Shown piece by piece: positions 43,401-51,507 of a DNA stretch of 64,000 nucleotides. Both the position numbers and the translations under genes were made by a program. Source of the DNA: an uncultured bacterium (GTDB lineage: Bacteria; Acidobacteriota; Thermoanaerobaculia; Multivoradales; J023). A model generated the notes under the pieces. It was not told the origin of the DNA and searched no databases. It worked only from the letters and a program-made list of their open reading frames with translations. Position 1 is the first letter of the stretch, and the number at the start of each line of letters is the position of its first letter. Location: NCBI GenBank assembly GCA_965371445.1, contig CBDUYN010000012.1, forward strand, positions 10,878 to 74,877. Reading direction: 5' to 3'.

Positions 43401-43593
43401 GCTCGGCGTAGCCCAGGAGAAGCGGCAGGTAGAGGAGCCCGGCGAGGAGAAAGGCGAACGGCGCCTCGTCGCCGGAGAGGCGCAAGACCTCGCCGCTCAC
43501 CACCAGGACGCCCAGCGGGACGCTGACCGACAGGCCGGCCGCCGTCGCGGCCGGCAGGCCGAGAACCCGGCTGAAGTCGACAGCGGGTCTCAT
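40456..43593 (-). CDS. Multidomain membrane protein: APC-family amino-acid-permease-like N-terminal domain, tandem universal-stress-protein (UspA) domains, and a C-terminal DUF389 membrane domain
   Basis: Start taken at MRPAVDF (ATG at 43593). 12-TM permease-like N-terminal part. Two Usp-like alpha/beta segments (ATASLIRLGTALARSRGGELLVLQVV...; EVMVATAGGPHAPVALELGEALAAVYDARLTVLGV...). DUF389-like C-terminal part (VDYYVLIFLASAIASLGLILDSGAVIIGAMLVAPLMSPILAVGQGIVQG...). Confidence 0.6.
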   Translation of the reverse strand: MRPAVDFSRVLGLPAATAAGLSVSVPLGVLVVSGEVLRLSGDEAPFAFLLAGLLYLPLLLGYAERSCELHGSASVYKVARASGSAKGLFFAGWLLLGGYSTVTALLAWGVAYRLEVGFQLLFGARYETGVLALAVLGGFTLHNLLSFRRSWRRQAILLWGALVALAAMTAWGFTRPASNLGMEIDVDSQRHWLASVALLGAGLWGLELILDLRGQLRQPSKTLPRALLVAWLPVALLGAPAAFLVLRHSEILTDRESFLSQVSWDENRLVLLLNVTTVLLCGLGLQRALERGVRVVRAMARDGLLPRWLVSLEGLGALRRPLFFFFLFAALCTALPRLDLAGVASFLALLTGFLVLWPHLRRPAGELSSGRRPRLPLHPLVPGLAAASAVFFALILPRTSLALGLGWGLLGGLVFWTYARHRVVALHQRTYLVDRGGRGEVDPDEPEVYRVLASVGGEPAATASLIRLGTALARSRGGELLVLQVVPLDEKVPLDEIRETAAEVWQDLEKLIGSARKDETPVRPLVRIAPSPNAGILATAAENRVDFLLLGWPAAGVEGEHEAVVEEVFPATHRSVAVLHSLLPDTAEEVMVATAGGPHAPVALELGEALAAVYDARLTVLGVDARGAEREAREAVAKTRTARPGPAEPLVVDAVDAAQGILHSAAGTDVLLLGASVDRLLQRTVLGGLPAEVAAGREAATVVVKRAERVSGYWLRRLWELVSSPLPTLSVRERSEVFAQMRQSARAGVDYYVLIFLASAIASLGLILDSGAVIIGAMLVAPLMSPILAVGQGIVQGNVRLIRRGASSAFKGVAVALAVGTASALLLPPRPPTHEMLARGEPSLLDLLVAVMAGAAAAYGVSRKSVAAALPGVAISVALVPPLCVAGWGLGSSNFRLGGGALLLFLTNFAGIVLVGALIFLLLGFRPSRTGRDRAARRAILWAAVAIVLVAIPLGFQTRTSIQTHRLEALILSQLRRADQELRVENLSVQSWGDELVVEGTIYTDEELDPERFETARQRLEAAAGMPVRLRLTLVEASFEELGPP

Positions 43594-43612
43594 CCCGTCG
43601 GCCGCTTTCTCC

Positions 43613-44470
43613 CTAGAACGCGAGGCGGGCGTAGAGCTGGAAGCCGCTGATACCGTACTCGACGCTGCCCCGGAACCGCTTCTTGTCGGTGTCGACGTCG
43701 TACTGCAGCGAGCTAAAGGAGAAGCCAAACCCGAAATGCTCGGTCGTCCGGTGCTCCAGGGCCGCGTTCAAGTCGATGGTCTCGCCGGAGATGTCGTCGA
43801 CGGTCACCGCGGTGATGATCCGGGCTCCGGCTTTGAAGACGAACTTGTGCGGCATGGCGTAGCGCAACGCGATGCCCACGAGCGGCACCGGAGCGTCGAC
43901 GCTGGCGCCTTGCTCGATCAAGCCGATGTCGGTGTTGGCGGCTCTCAGCCTGGCGTCTATGGTCAGGAACGAGACCCCGCCGGCCGAGACCCCGAAGGCC
44001 AGCTTCTCTTTCAAGACCACCCACCAGATCCAGGAAAACTCGAAGACCTCGCTCTTGAACTCGCCTTCGACGTCGACGTTGATCGGGAAGGTCCGGTCGC
44101 CGAATTGGATCTCGCGCGTCAGGGTCGTTGACGCGGAGCGCGACAGCGAGAAATAGCCGAAGTTGAGCTGGTGACGGGGCCGGATGCGCCATTCGAGGCC
44201 CAGGCGGAAGAGGGTGTCGGAGTCCTTGAGGCCGATCTCGTTCTCGAAGTCGAAGCGGTCGCCGAGGCCGAGGTCGATCTTCGAGTCGACGCGGGCCTTG
44301 GTGTTGAGCGTCGTGTAGAAGCCCCCCAGGGTGATCGCGAAGCGGTCGAGGGTCGGGTGGTCGAGGTGCTCGTCACCGGCGAGGACCGGCTGGGCGCAGA
44401 GGCCGGCGAGCAAAGCGACGGCTGCCAGCCCGGCGAGACGTGGGAAGCGGTGTGCAGGCGTTCGGGACAT
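43613..44470 (-). CDS. Outer-membrane beta-barrel protein of unknown function
   Basis: Signal peptide (AGLAAVALLAGLCAQPVLA), alternating beta-strand pattern, C-terminal ...GISGFQLYARLAF. Confidence 0.55.
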   Translation of the reverse strand: MSRTPAHRFPRLAGLAAVALLAGLCAQPVLAGDEHLDHPTLDRFAITLGGFYTTLNTKARVDSKIDLGLGDRFDFENEIGLKDSDTLFRLGLEWRIRPRHQLNFGYFSLSRSASTTLTREIQFGDRTFPINVDVEGEFKSEVFEFSWIWWVVLKEKLAFGVSAGGVSFLTIDARLRAANTDIGLIEQGASVDAPVPLVGIALRYAMPHKFVFKAGARIITAVTVDDISGETIDLNAALEHRTTEHFGFGFSFSSLQYDVDTDKKRFRGSVEYGISGFQLYARLAF

Positions 44471-44550
44471 CGTCGTTCCTTTCTGGACGGACGGCGGCGA
44501 CCACTGGAGGATGAGCGGTCCCCGGGTAAGTCGGAGTAGCGGCTATCCTA

Positions 44551-46482
44551 TCAGCGCGGAGTCGGGATGTGATCCGGTGTGTACCAGATCGGTGACGTAT
44601 AGGCCCTTTCCTGGGTCGTCATCGGCACCTCCCGGCCCGTCTCGACACCGAAGCGCACCGCCTCGTAGGCCGTCCACCGCGGGGTCGGGATCTCGAGGAC
44701 CCGGGCGTAGTAGAAAGCCCGCCGGCCCGCGTCGAAGTCCGGATCCTGCCAGACCGTGATGAGCTCGGGATCGCCGATGGTGTTGGTCCAGGTGGCGTTC
44801 GCGACGTCGACCGTGTTGCCGACCGGCTCGCGGCAACGGCCGTCACTCCCGACGGTGCGGCCGTCCGAGACCGCGACGTCGTAGATTTTCTCCTGGAGCT
44901 TGCCGGCATCGTCGAGCCAGCCCTTGACGACCTGGATGCGGTCGAGGTTGGCTCCGAAGGGATCTTTCAACGCGGCGACGAGAAAGCTCGGTGCCGCCCC
45001 GTCGGGCGCCTTGGACAGGTCGCCGCCCATGGGGACGCCCCTCGTATAGCCGATCGCGCCCGGGTTCCTGGTCTTGGCGTCGGCGGCCTCGAACTCCCAG
45101 CCGCCGAAGAAGCGAACCATCATCCGCGAGCCGGTCGTGGCATAGGTTTCCCGGCGGGCCATGGCGTCGAAGAGGGCTTCGCGGGTGTTCTCGCGCGCCC
45201 AGACGGCGGCGTAGCCCGAAGCGGCCTGTTGCCAGCCCATGAGCTGCATCCCGTTGCTCGCCATGACCGGATGCTCCATTCGCTCGGGGCTCGGCTCCGA
45301 GCCCGAGTGCTTGCCGAAGAAGTTCTCTTCCTCGGCGCTCGCCAGACTGGTATGACTGTCGGTCGAACCGATCAACCCGAACTTGAAGGGGTTCGTGCCG
45401 AGCTCGTCTTCGAGCCGTAGGCCGAGCTTCAAGGCGGACCGGACGTACTCGTACTGCAACATGTCGTCCTCTTTCGGCTCGCTGAAGTTGAGGTTGGAGA
45501 CATCCCAGGTTTCGTAGTCGGCGAACTCGTCGTTCGGCGACAGGAAGGGATGGGCCTCGCCGTCGCCCTTGATCTGAGTCGCTTCGACCAGCGGCTCCCA
45601 GCGCTGACGGCGCTCGGCATAATCCTGGTCGAGCGGCTCTCCACCCAGGGTCTCGACGGAAAACATCATGCCGTTCGAGAGGTTGCCGTTGTGGGGAATG
45701 GCGAGGACCTGGCCGCCGGTCTTCTCTTCGTATTCAGCAAGGGCTGTCCATAGGTCTTCCGGATCGATGCTGTCCGTGGCGGTGTAGGGGATGATACGGG
45801 AGGCCTTGTCGCCGTCGTCGCGGAAGATGACGACGCGATGCATGTTGTTTCCCGGCGGCGCCAGCGACGTCCATTCGTAGCCGATGAACGCCGTGAACCG
45901 ACCGGGCTCGTTGTAGCGTTCGGCGGCATCGACGACGTTGTCCCAGACCGGCCGCATGATCTTCGGATCGTTCGGTGCCCAGGGGAACTCGCCGCGGGAG
46001 AAAAGATCGATCATCTCCAGAGCCGCCTTGACCGCGGACTGCCCACCTTCGTTGATCATCTTATTCCAGCGCCGTCCCTCCTCGGAGCCCAGGAGCAGGG
46101 GGTCGGCTCCCAGGAGCATAGGAAAAAACCCCATCGCGTCGGAGTGATCCGCGACCACGAGGAAATCCAGAGGTCGCGAAAGCTTGGCCCGTACTCCGGT
46201 TGAGGAGACGACTTCCTCACCGCGAGCGAAACGGTAAGCCTCGTTGAGACCGAGACGGTTCCCGAAGGCACCGGCGTCCATCGACAGCGCGGTGTGGAGA
46301 TGCGTGTCACCCCAGAAGACCTGTGTCGGGAACGATCGGCCGGCATAGGGCGAGAAGTTCTTCGAACCGAACGCGGCCTCGACGTCCTTGGGATCGGTGG
46401 GGAAGTCTTGAGCCCAGGCACTCAGGCTTATCGCGATTGTCAAGAGGCAGGTCAACGTAGCTTGGAAAGCGGTGCTTCTCAT
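44551..46482 (-). CDS. DUF3604-family secreted protein (putative metal-dependent hydrolase), paralogue 1
   Basis: 643 aa with signal peptide. The family-typical N-terminal motif (FWGDTHLHTALSMDAGAFG...RPLDFLVVADHSD) is recalled from memory, not checked. 60-65% identical to the adjacent paralogue. Confidence 0.55.
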   Translation of the reverse strand: MRSTAFQATLTCLLTIAISLSAWAQDFPTDPKDVEAAFGSKNFSPYAGRSFPTQVFWGDTHLHTALSMDAGAFGNRLGLNEAYRFARGEEVVSSTGVRAKLSRPLDFLVVADHSDAMGFFPMLLGADPLLLGSEEGRRWNKMINEGGQSAVKAALEMIDLFSRGEFPWAPNDPKIMRPVWDNVVDAAERYNEPGRFTAFIGYEWTSLAPPGNNMHRVVIFRDDGDKASRIIPYTATDSIDPEDLWTALAEYEEKTGGQVLAIPHNGNLSNGMMFSVETLGGEPLDQDYAERRQRWEPLVEATQIKGDGEAHPFLSPNDEFADYETWDVSNLNFSEPKEDDMLQYEYVRSALKLGLRLEDELGTNPFKFGLIGSTDSHTSLASAEEENFFGKHSGSEPSPERMEHPVMASNGMQLMGWQQAASGYAAVWARENTREALFDAMARRETYATTGSRMMVRFFGGWEFEAADAKTRNPGAIGYTRGVPMGGDLSKAPDGAAPSFLVAALKDPFGANLDRIQVVKGWLDDAGKLQEKIYDVAVSDGRTVGSDGRCREPVGNTVDVANATWTNTIGDPELITVWQDPDFDAGRRAFYYARVLEIPTPRWTAYEAVRFGVETGREVPMTTQERAYTSPIWYTPDHIPTPR

Positions 46483-46511
46483 GTGGAATTCTCCTTACGT
46501 TTACAGGCTCT

Positions 46512-48422
46512 TCAGTCGCCGGGGGAGTACCAGATCGGCGACGTATAAGCTCGCTCCTGGAGGCTCTTCTCGACTTTGGCATCGAGCTCCAGGCCGAAGT
46601 ACTTGGCGTCGTAGGCCGACCAATGCGGCGTCGGGATCTCGATCACCCGGGCGTAGTAGAAGGCGCGCTCGTCCGGGTCGAAGTCCGGATCGGCCCAGGC
46701 GGCGGCCAAGAGCACGTCGCCGATCGTGTTGGTGTAGGTCGCGTTGGCGACGTCGACGGTGTTGCCGACCGGTGGCAGCTTGCCGTCGCTGCCGGCCTTG
46801 CGCTCGTCCGACCAGGCGACGTCGTAGACTTTTTCCTTCAGGTTGCCGTCGCCGTCGCGCCAGCCCTTGACGATTTGGATGCGGTCGAGGTTGGCTCCTT
46901 CAGGATCCCGCAGGGCCCAGACCAGGAAGGTCGCGGCTTTGCCGTCCGGCGCGCCCCGGAGGTCGCCGCCCATGGGGACGCCCTTGTCGTATCCGACCTT
47001 GGCCGGGCTAGGCCGCTCGATGTCGCTCTGGCTGAAGTCCCAGCCGCCGAAGAAACGCACGCTGATCCGCGAGCCGGTGGTGGCATAGGTCTCCTTGCGC
47101 TCCATCGCCTCGAAGATCCCGGCGCGCGTGTTCTCTCTCGCCCACACCGCCGCCAACCCACCGGCCACCTGCTCCCAGCCCCAGGTCGTGAGCTCGGGGT
47201 CGTCGGCCGACTCGATGACCATGTGGTCCGTCGCCCGATGCGTGTCGGGCTCGAGGCCGGAGTGCTTGCCAAAGAAGTTGTCCTCCTTGGCGGTGGCGAG
47301 ACCGGTGTGGCTGTCGGTCGAGCCGATCATGCCGAACTTGAACGGGTTCGCTCCGAGCTTCTCCTCCATCTCAAGTCCGAGCTTCAGTGCCGAGCGTCCA
47401 TACTCGTGCTGGAGCATCGAGTGCTCTTTGGCCTGGGTGCCGGGGAGATTGCCTTTGTCCCAGGTTCCGAAGTCGGCGAATTCGTCGTTGGGCGAGAGGG
47501 CTGGATGGGCCTCGCCGTCGCCCTTGATCTGGGTGACCTCGTAGAGAGGCTCCCACTTCATCCGGGCTTCGGCGTACTCGCGGGTGAGCGGCTCCCCGCC
47601 CATGGTCTCGACCGCGAACATGATGCCGTTCGAGAGGTTGCCGTTGTGGGGAATCGCCAGGACGTTGCCACCGGTCTTCTCTTCGTAGCCGGCCATGTAG
47701 GTCCAGAGGTCTTCGGGGTCCTCACTGTCGAAGAGCGAGAAGGGGACGACCTGGGTGGCGCGTTCGGCGTCGTCTTTGAAGATCACCACCCGGTGGAGGT
47801 TGTTGCCGGACGGCATCGACGTCCACTCGTAGCCGATGAAGGCCGTGAACAGACCCGGACGGTTGAGGCGATCGGCGATCTCGGCGGTGCCCTCCCACAT
47901 CGACCGCTTGAAGTCCTCGTTCTTGATCACCTCGTCAGCGGCGGCGACGGCCCGTATCGCTTGCATCGCCGCCTGGTAGATCACCTCGAACTCGCCTGTC
48001 TTCATCATGTCGTGCCAACGCCGGCCGGCGTCGGTCTGGAGCAAGAGGGGGTCCGAGGCACGAAGCGCCGGGGTCAGGCCGAGGAACTCGGCATGATCGG
48101 AGACGACGAGGAAATCCAGTGGACGCACGAGCTTCACCGCCATGCCGTTGTTGGCCGTCACCTCCTCGCCGCGGGCGAAGCGAAAGGCTTCCTCCGGGCC
48201 TACTCGGTAATTGATGAAGCCGGCGTCGAAGGAGTTCGAGGTGTGCAGATGCGTGTCGCCCCAGTAGACGTTCTTCGGGTACGTCTCGCCGGCGAAGGGC
48301 GAGTAGGACTTGGGCGGCGGCTTGACGTCGTCCGGCTGTGGAACCGCGTCCTGAGCGCTGACGGCGCCGGCGAGGAGCGTCGTCGTCAGGGTCAGGGCGA
48401 GCAGTAGGTGTCGGGTCTTCAT
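46512..48422 (-). CDS. DUF3604-family secreted protein, paralogue 2
   Basis: 636 aa with signal peptide, YWGDTHLHTSNSFDAGFINYR, and a collinear match to 44551..46482. Confidence 0.55.
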   Translation of the reverse strand: MKTRHLLLALTLTTTLLAGAVSAQDAVPQPDDVKPPPKSYSPFAGETYPKNVYWGDTHLHTSNSFDAGFINYRVGPEEAFRFARGEEVTANNGMAVKLVRPLDFLVVSDHAEFLGLTPALRASDPLLLQTDAGRRWHDMMKTGEFEVIYQAAMQAIRAVAAADEVIKNEDFKRSMWEGTAEIADRLNRPGLFTAFIGYEWTSMPSGNNLHRVVIFKDDAERATQVVPFSLFDSEDPEDLWTYMAGYEEKTGGNVLAIPHNGNLSNGIMFAVETMGGEPLTREYAEARMKWEPLYEVTQIKGDGEAHPALSPNDEFADFGTWDKGNLPGTQAKEHSMLQHEYGRSALKLGLEMEEKLGANPFKFGMIGSTDSHTGLATAKEDNFFGKHSGLEPDTHRATDHMVIESADDPELTTWGWEQVAGGLAAVWARENTRAGIFEAMERKETYATTGSRISVRFFGGWDFSQSDIERPSPAKVGYDKGVPMGGDLRGAPDGKAATFLVWALRDPEGANLDRIQIVKGWRDGDGNLKEKVYDVAWSDERKAGSDGKLPPVGNTVDVANATYTNTIGDVLLAAAWADPDFDPDERAFYYARVIEIPTPHWSAYDAKYFGLELDAKVEKSLQERAYTSPIWYSPGD

Positions 48423-48504
48423 GGGGATTCTCCGTTCGGATCGTTGAAGGTATGCGGTGCTCTTGCTGTGAGGCGATGGTACTCGCGGTAGAAGGTAGGC
48501 GGCG

Positions 48505-49965
48505 TCATTCTCGGAAGTCTGTGATATTGGCGGGTCGAGGATTCGGGTGATCCTTGAGTGAAGCGTAGTATTGCACGATCAGCGGCATGTACTTGCCGAC
48601 GACCCAGCTCGCCTCCGGACCGATGTCGGCCTCCTCACGTGGGTCTTGTTCGATATTGTAGACGTTCGGGTAGCCGTTCTTGCGGATCCGGCTTGCCTGG
48701 GTCCCGCCCACCGTCGTGAAGCCGTTGCCCGACGCAACGACGTCCTGCAAGTAGACGCGGAAGTGCCGCCAACGCACGGCAATCAGCTCGCCGTTGATGA
48801 AGGTGAGCAGGTGCTCGCGGTTGGAGTGGTCCTGCTTGCCAAGCAGCCAGTCGGACTGGTCGATGCCGTCGAAGGGACGGTCGGTCGGGACCGTGGCGCC
48901 GGCGAAGCTCGCCAGGGTCGGCAGGAAGTCCATGGTGGAGAACATGCCGTTGGTTACACCCGGCTTGATGTGACCGGGCCACTTGATCATGCCCGCAGTG
49001 CGGATCGAGCCTTCCCAGGCGCTGCCGAGCTCGCCCCGGAACGGCCCGCTGCTGCCGCCGTCGGGCCAGACCATGGTCTTCCAGGGTCCGTTGTCGCTCA
49101 TCCACACGACGATGGTGTTCTCCTCCACTCCGGCAGCGTTCAGTGCGGCCAGTACCCGGCCGGTGTTGTGGTCGAGCTCCATGACGCTGTCGCCGTAGTC
49201 GCCGATGTGGGAACGGCCGGCGAAGTCCTTGCTGGGGAGATTGGGCCAGTGGGGCCGGGTCCAGGAGACGAAGAGGAAGAAGGGATCCTCGGCCTTCGCC
49301 TGATCTTCGATGTAGGCGACGGCCCGATCGGCGATCTCGACGTCGATCGTCCGCCGCACGTCGAGCGTGTACTCGCGCACTGCTTCGATGGGTTTTCCCA
49401 CCTCGCCGCTCCAGATGTAGGAACGTTCGCTCTCCGTCGGTTCGTAGCCCGCGCGCCTCATGCTGCTGTTGAAGACGGCTTCGTCGGTCGAGTTGAGGAT
49501 ACCGAAGTAACTGTCAAAGCCCTGGCTGTGGGGATGGCTTTGCGCCTCGGTGCCCAGATGCCACTTCCCGAGGTAGGCCGTCGAATAGCCGACGTCCTTC
49601 AACACCTCCGCCATCGTCACTTCCTCGGCGGCCAGGGTGTTCGACGTCCCGCGCAGCACGACGAGAGACAGGCCGCTCCGGGTCGAGTACCGGCCCGTCA
49701 TGGTGGCGGCACGAGACGGCGTGCAACCGGGCTCGACGAGGAATTGCGTGAAGCGCAAGCCTTCGGTAGCGAGCTCATCGATGCGCGGAGTGGGCATGCC
49801 GCGCACTTCGCCGCCGCCGTAGGCACCGAGATCCCCGTAGCCGAGGTTGTCGGCCATCATGAAGACGATGTTGGGTCGGTCCGTGTCCGACTTCTCCTGG
49901 GCGGGCACAGACGTCGAAAGTGCGAGTAGGACGACCGAGATCGCCCAGATTCTTGCGCAGCTCAT
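48505..49965 (-). CDS. Arylsulfatase-family sulfatase
   Basis: Start at MSCARIWAISVVLLALS (ATG complement at 49965). CTPSRAATMTGR signature. GKWHLG. Confidence 0.8.
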   Translation of the reverse strand: MSCARIWAISVVLLALSTSVPAQEKSDTDRPNIVFMMADNLGYGDLGAYGGGEVRGMPTPRIDELATEGLRFTQFLVEPGCTPSRAATMTGRYSTRSGLSLVVLRGTSNTLAAEEVTMAEVLKDVGYSTAYLGKWHLGTEAQSHPHSQGFDSYFGILNSTDEAVFNSSMRRAGYEPTESERSYIWSGEVGKPIEAVREYTLDVRRTIDVEIADRAVAYIEDQAKAEDPFFLFVSWTRPHWPNLPSKDFAGRSHIGDYGDSVMELDHNTGRVLAALNAAGVEENTIVVWMSDNGPWKTMVWPDGGSSGPFRGELGSAWEGSIRTAGMIKWPGHIKPGVTNGMFSTMDFLPTLASFAGATVPTDRPFDGIDQSDWLLGKQDHSNREHLLTFINGELIAVRWRHFRVYLQDVVASGNGFTTVGGTQASRIRKNGYPNVYNIEQDPREEADIGPEASWVVGKYMPLIVQYYASLKDHPNPRPANITDFRE

Positions 49966-50008
49966 TGCTGAATCCTCTGGTTGGTTAGAGACGTTCCACC
50001 AGCTCTGG

Positions 50009-50920
50009 CTACCGGTTGGAAGGTTCGTAGGGGTCCGGCGTGCCTGGACGGATCGGTGGCTCCTTCTTGAAAGAAGCAACGTGCCGGACCAAATGCTCCC
50101 CTGCCGGCCAGCGGATCCACCCGCTGTAGTACCACCTCGAGTTGAGCGGATACTCCTCTCTCGGGTCGGTGTGCAGGTCGTAGATGAGCGGCACACCGTA
50201 GGACCTCGTCGGATCGGCGAACGCCCGGTCGGCCTCGACCTGCCGCTTCATGAAGTCGATCGAGCGTGAGGTGAACTCGCCGTCGATCAGGGCGCGCTCC
50301 TCCGTGTTGTAGACGCGGAGCTTCTTCGGCTGCTCCCCTTTTCGTCCCTCCATGATGTGCTCGGGCTGCGCGAAGGGGTGAGAGTCGGGCCGGTAGCGGG
50401 TGTCGTCGGGCCAGGCGCTCTCGTCGGAGGAGTTGGGGATGCCGTACCACTCGTCGAAACCCTGGTCGGTGGGATAGCGTCCCTCGGTGTGCCCCAGGTG
50501 CCATTTACCGAACATGCCGGTGGCGTAGCCGACGTCGGAGAACATCTCGGCCAGCGTGTATTCCCACTGGGTGAGCCCGTAGACCGGCGTCTCGATGGGG
50601 ATCGGCGCGTTGCCGGTCCGGATGGCGTAGCGGCCGGTCAGGATGGCGGCGCGGCTGGGCGTGCACTGCGCCTCGACGTTGAAGTTGAGCAGCCGCATGC
50701 CTTCGGCGGCGAGGGTGTCGATACGCGGCGTCGGCGCGCCGCGCAGGACGCCGCCACCGTAGACGCCGAGCTCGCCCCAGCCGAAGTTGTCCATGAAGAC
50801 GAGGACGACGTTGGGCTTCTCCTGTGCCGCGGCCGGGCTGTGCTTGTCTTGTGCCGCCGCCGGCAACGCGAGCGTCGCCAGCAAGGCAAGGAGGAGCAGA
50901 GGTGTGAAGGCTCTTCTCAT
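50009..50920 (-). pseudogene. Sulfatase with an in-frame internal deletion of roughly 180 aa
   Basis: N-terminal 230 aa are intact (CTPSRAAILTGR; GKWHLGHTEG). The sequence then jumps directly to the extreme C-terminal block (IYDLHTDPREEYPL...PIRPGTPDPYEPSNR). Compared with the 481-aa paralogue at 30094..31539, the central catalytic / metal-binding part is missing. Confidence 0.55.
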
Positions 50921-50930
50921 GATGGGGCTC

Positions 50931-51308
50931 CTAAATGGACCGGCGGACGGACGCGGGTAGCGCTTCCAGCAGGTCGGTTTCTTCGAAGGGCTTGGCGAGG
51001 AGAGCCAGCGCTCCCAGAGCCTTCGCCCGTTGCCGCGTCGTTTCTTCCAGGTGGGCGGTGATGAAGACGACGGGCGCCTTCGTCCCCTCCGCCGCCAGCC
51101 GCTCCGCGAGCTCGAAGCCGCTGGTCCGCGGGAGCTGGACGTCGAGCAGGAAGCACGAGGCGCCGTGCCGTCGATCGTCCTTCATCAGCTCTCCCGCCGA
51201 TCCGAAGGCCAGCGAGCTCACGCCGTGGGAACGCAGCAGCCGGCCGAGGGCGCGGCAGACGGAAGAGTCGTCGTCGACGATGCAGACGATGGATGCGGTG
51301 GAGGTCAT
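50931..51308 (-). CDS. Single-domain response regulator (CheY-like receiver)
   Basis: 125 aa with IVCIVDDDSSVCRALGRLL, phospho-acceptor D in CFLLDVQLP, and T/K motifs (VVFITAH; LAKPF). Confidence 0.75.
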   Translation of the reverse strand: MTSTASIVCIVDDDSSVCRALGRLLRSHGVSSLAFGSAGELMKDDRRHGASCFLLDVQLPRTSGFELAERLAAEGTKAPVVFITAHLEETTRQRAKALGALALLAKPFEETDLLEALPASVRRSI

Positions 51309-51361
51309 GGGGTTCGTGCTCTGCCAGGTACGCCCGGCAGTATTGAGCCCTCTTGGGAGGA

Positions 51362-51385
51362 GGGCAATGGGACCTTGGTCCTACT
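51362..51385. promoter_or_regulatory. Second copy of the AATGrGACCTTGGTCCTA motif
   Basis: aatgggaccttggtcctacttttgg. Lies in the 200-bp gap between the PAS kinase (ends 51508) and the receiver gene (starts 51308). Confidence 0.3.
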
Positions 51386-51507
51386 TTTGGAGAGCTTTAC
51401 GTCTCTACGCGATGGCATAGCCCTCCGGAAACCACGGGTTGACACCCGAGGTCCGACGACGCGAAGCGTCGTCACGAGACGTCCACTGGGGTTGTTCCTT
51501 CGAAGAG

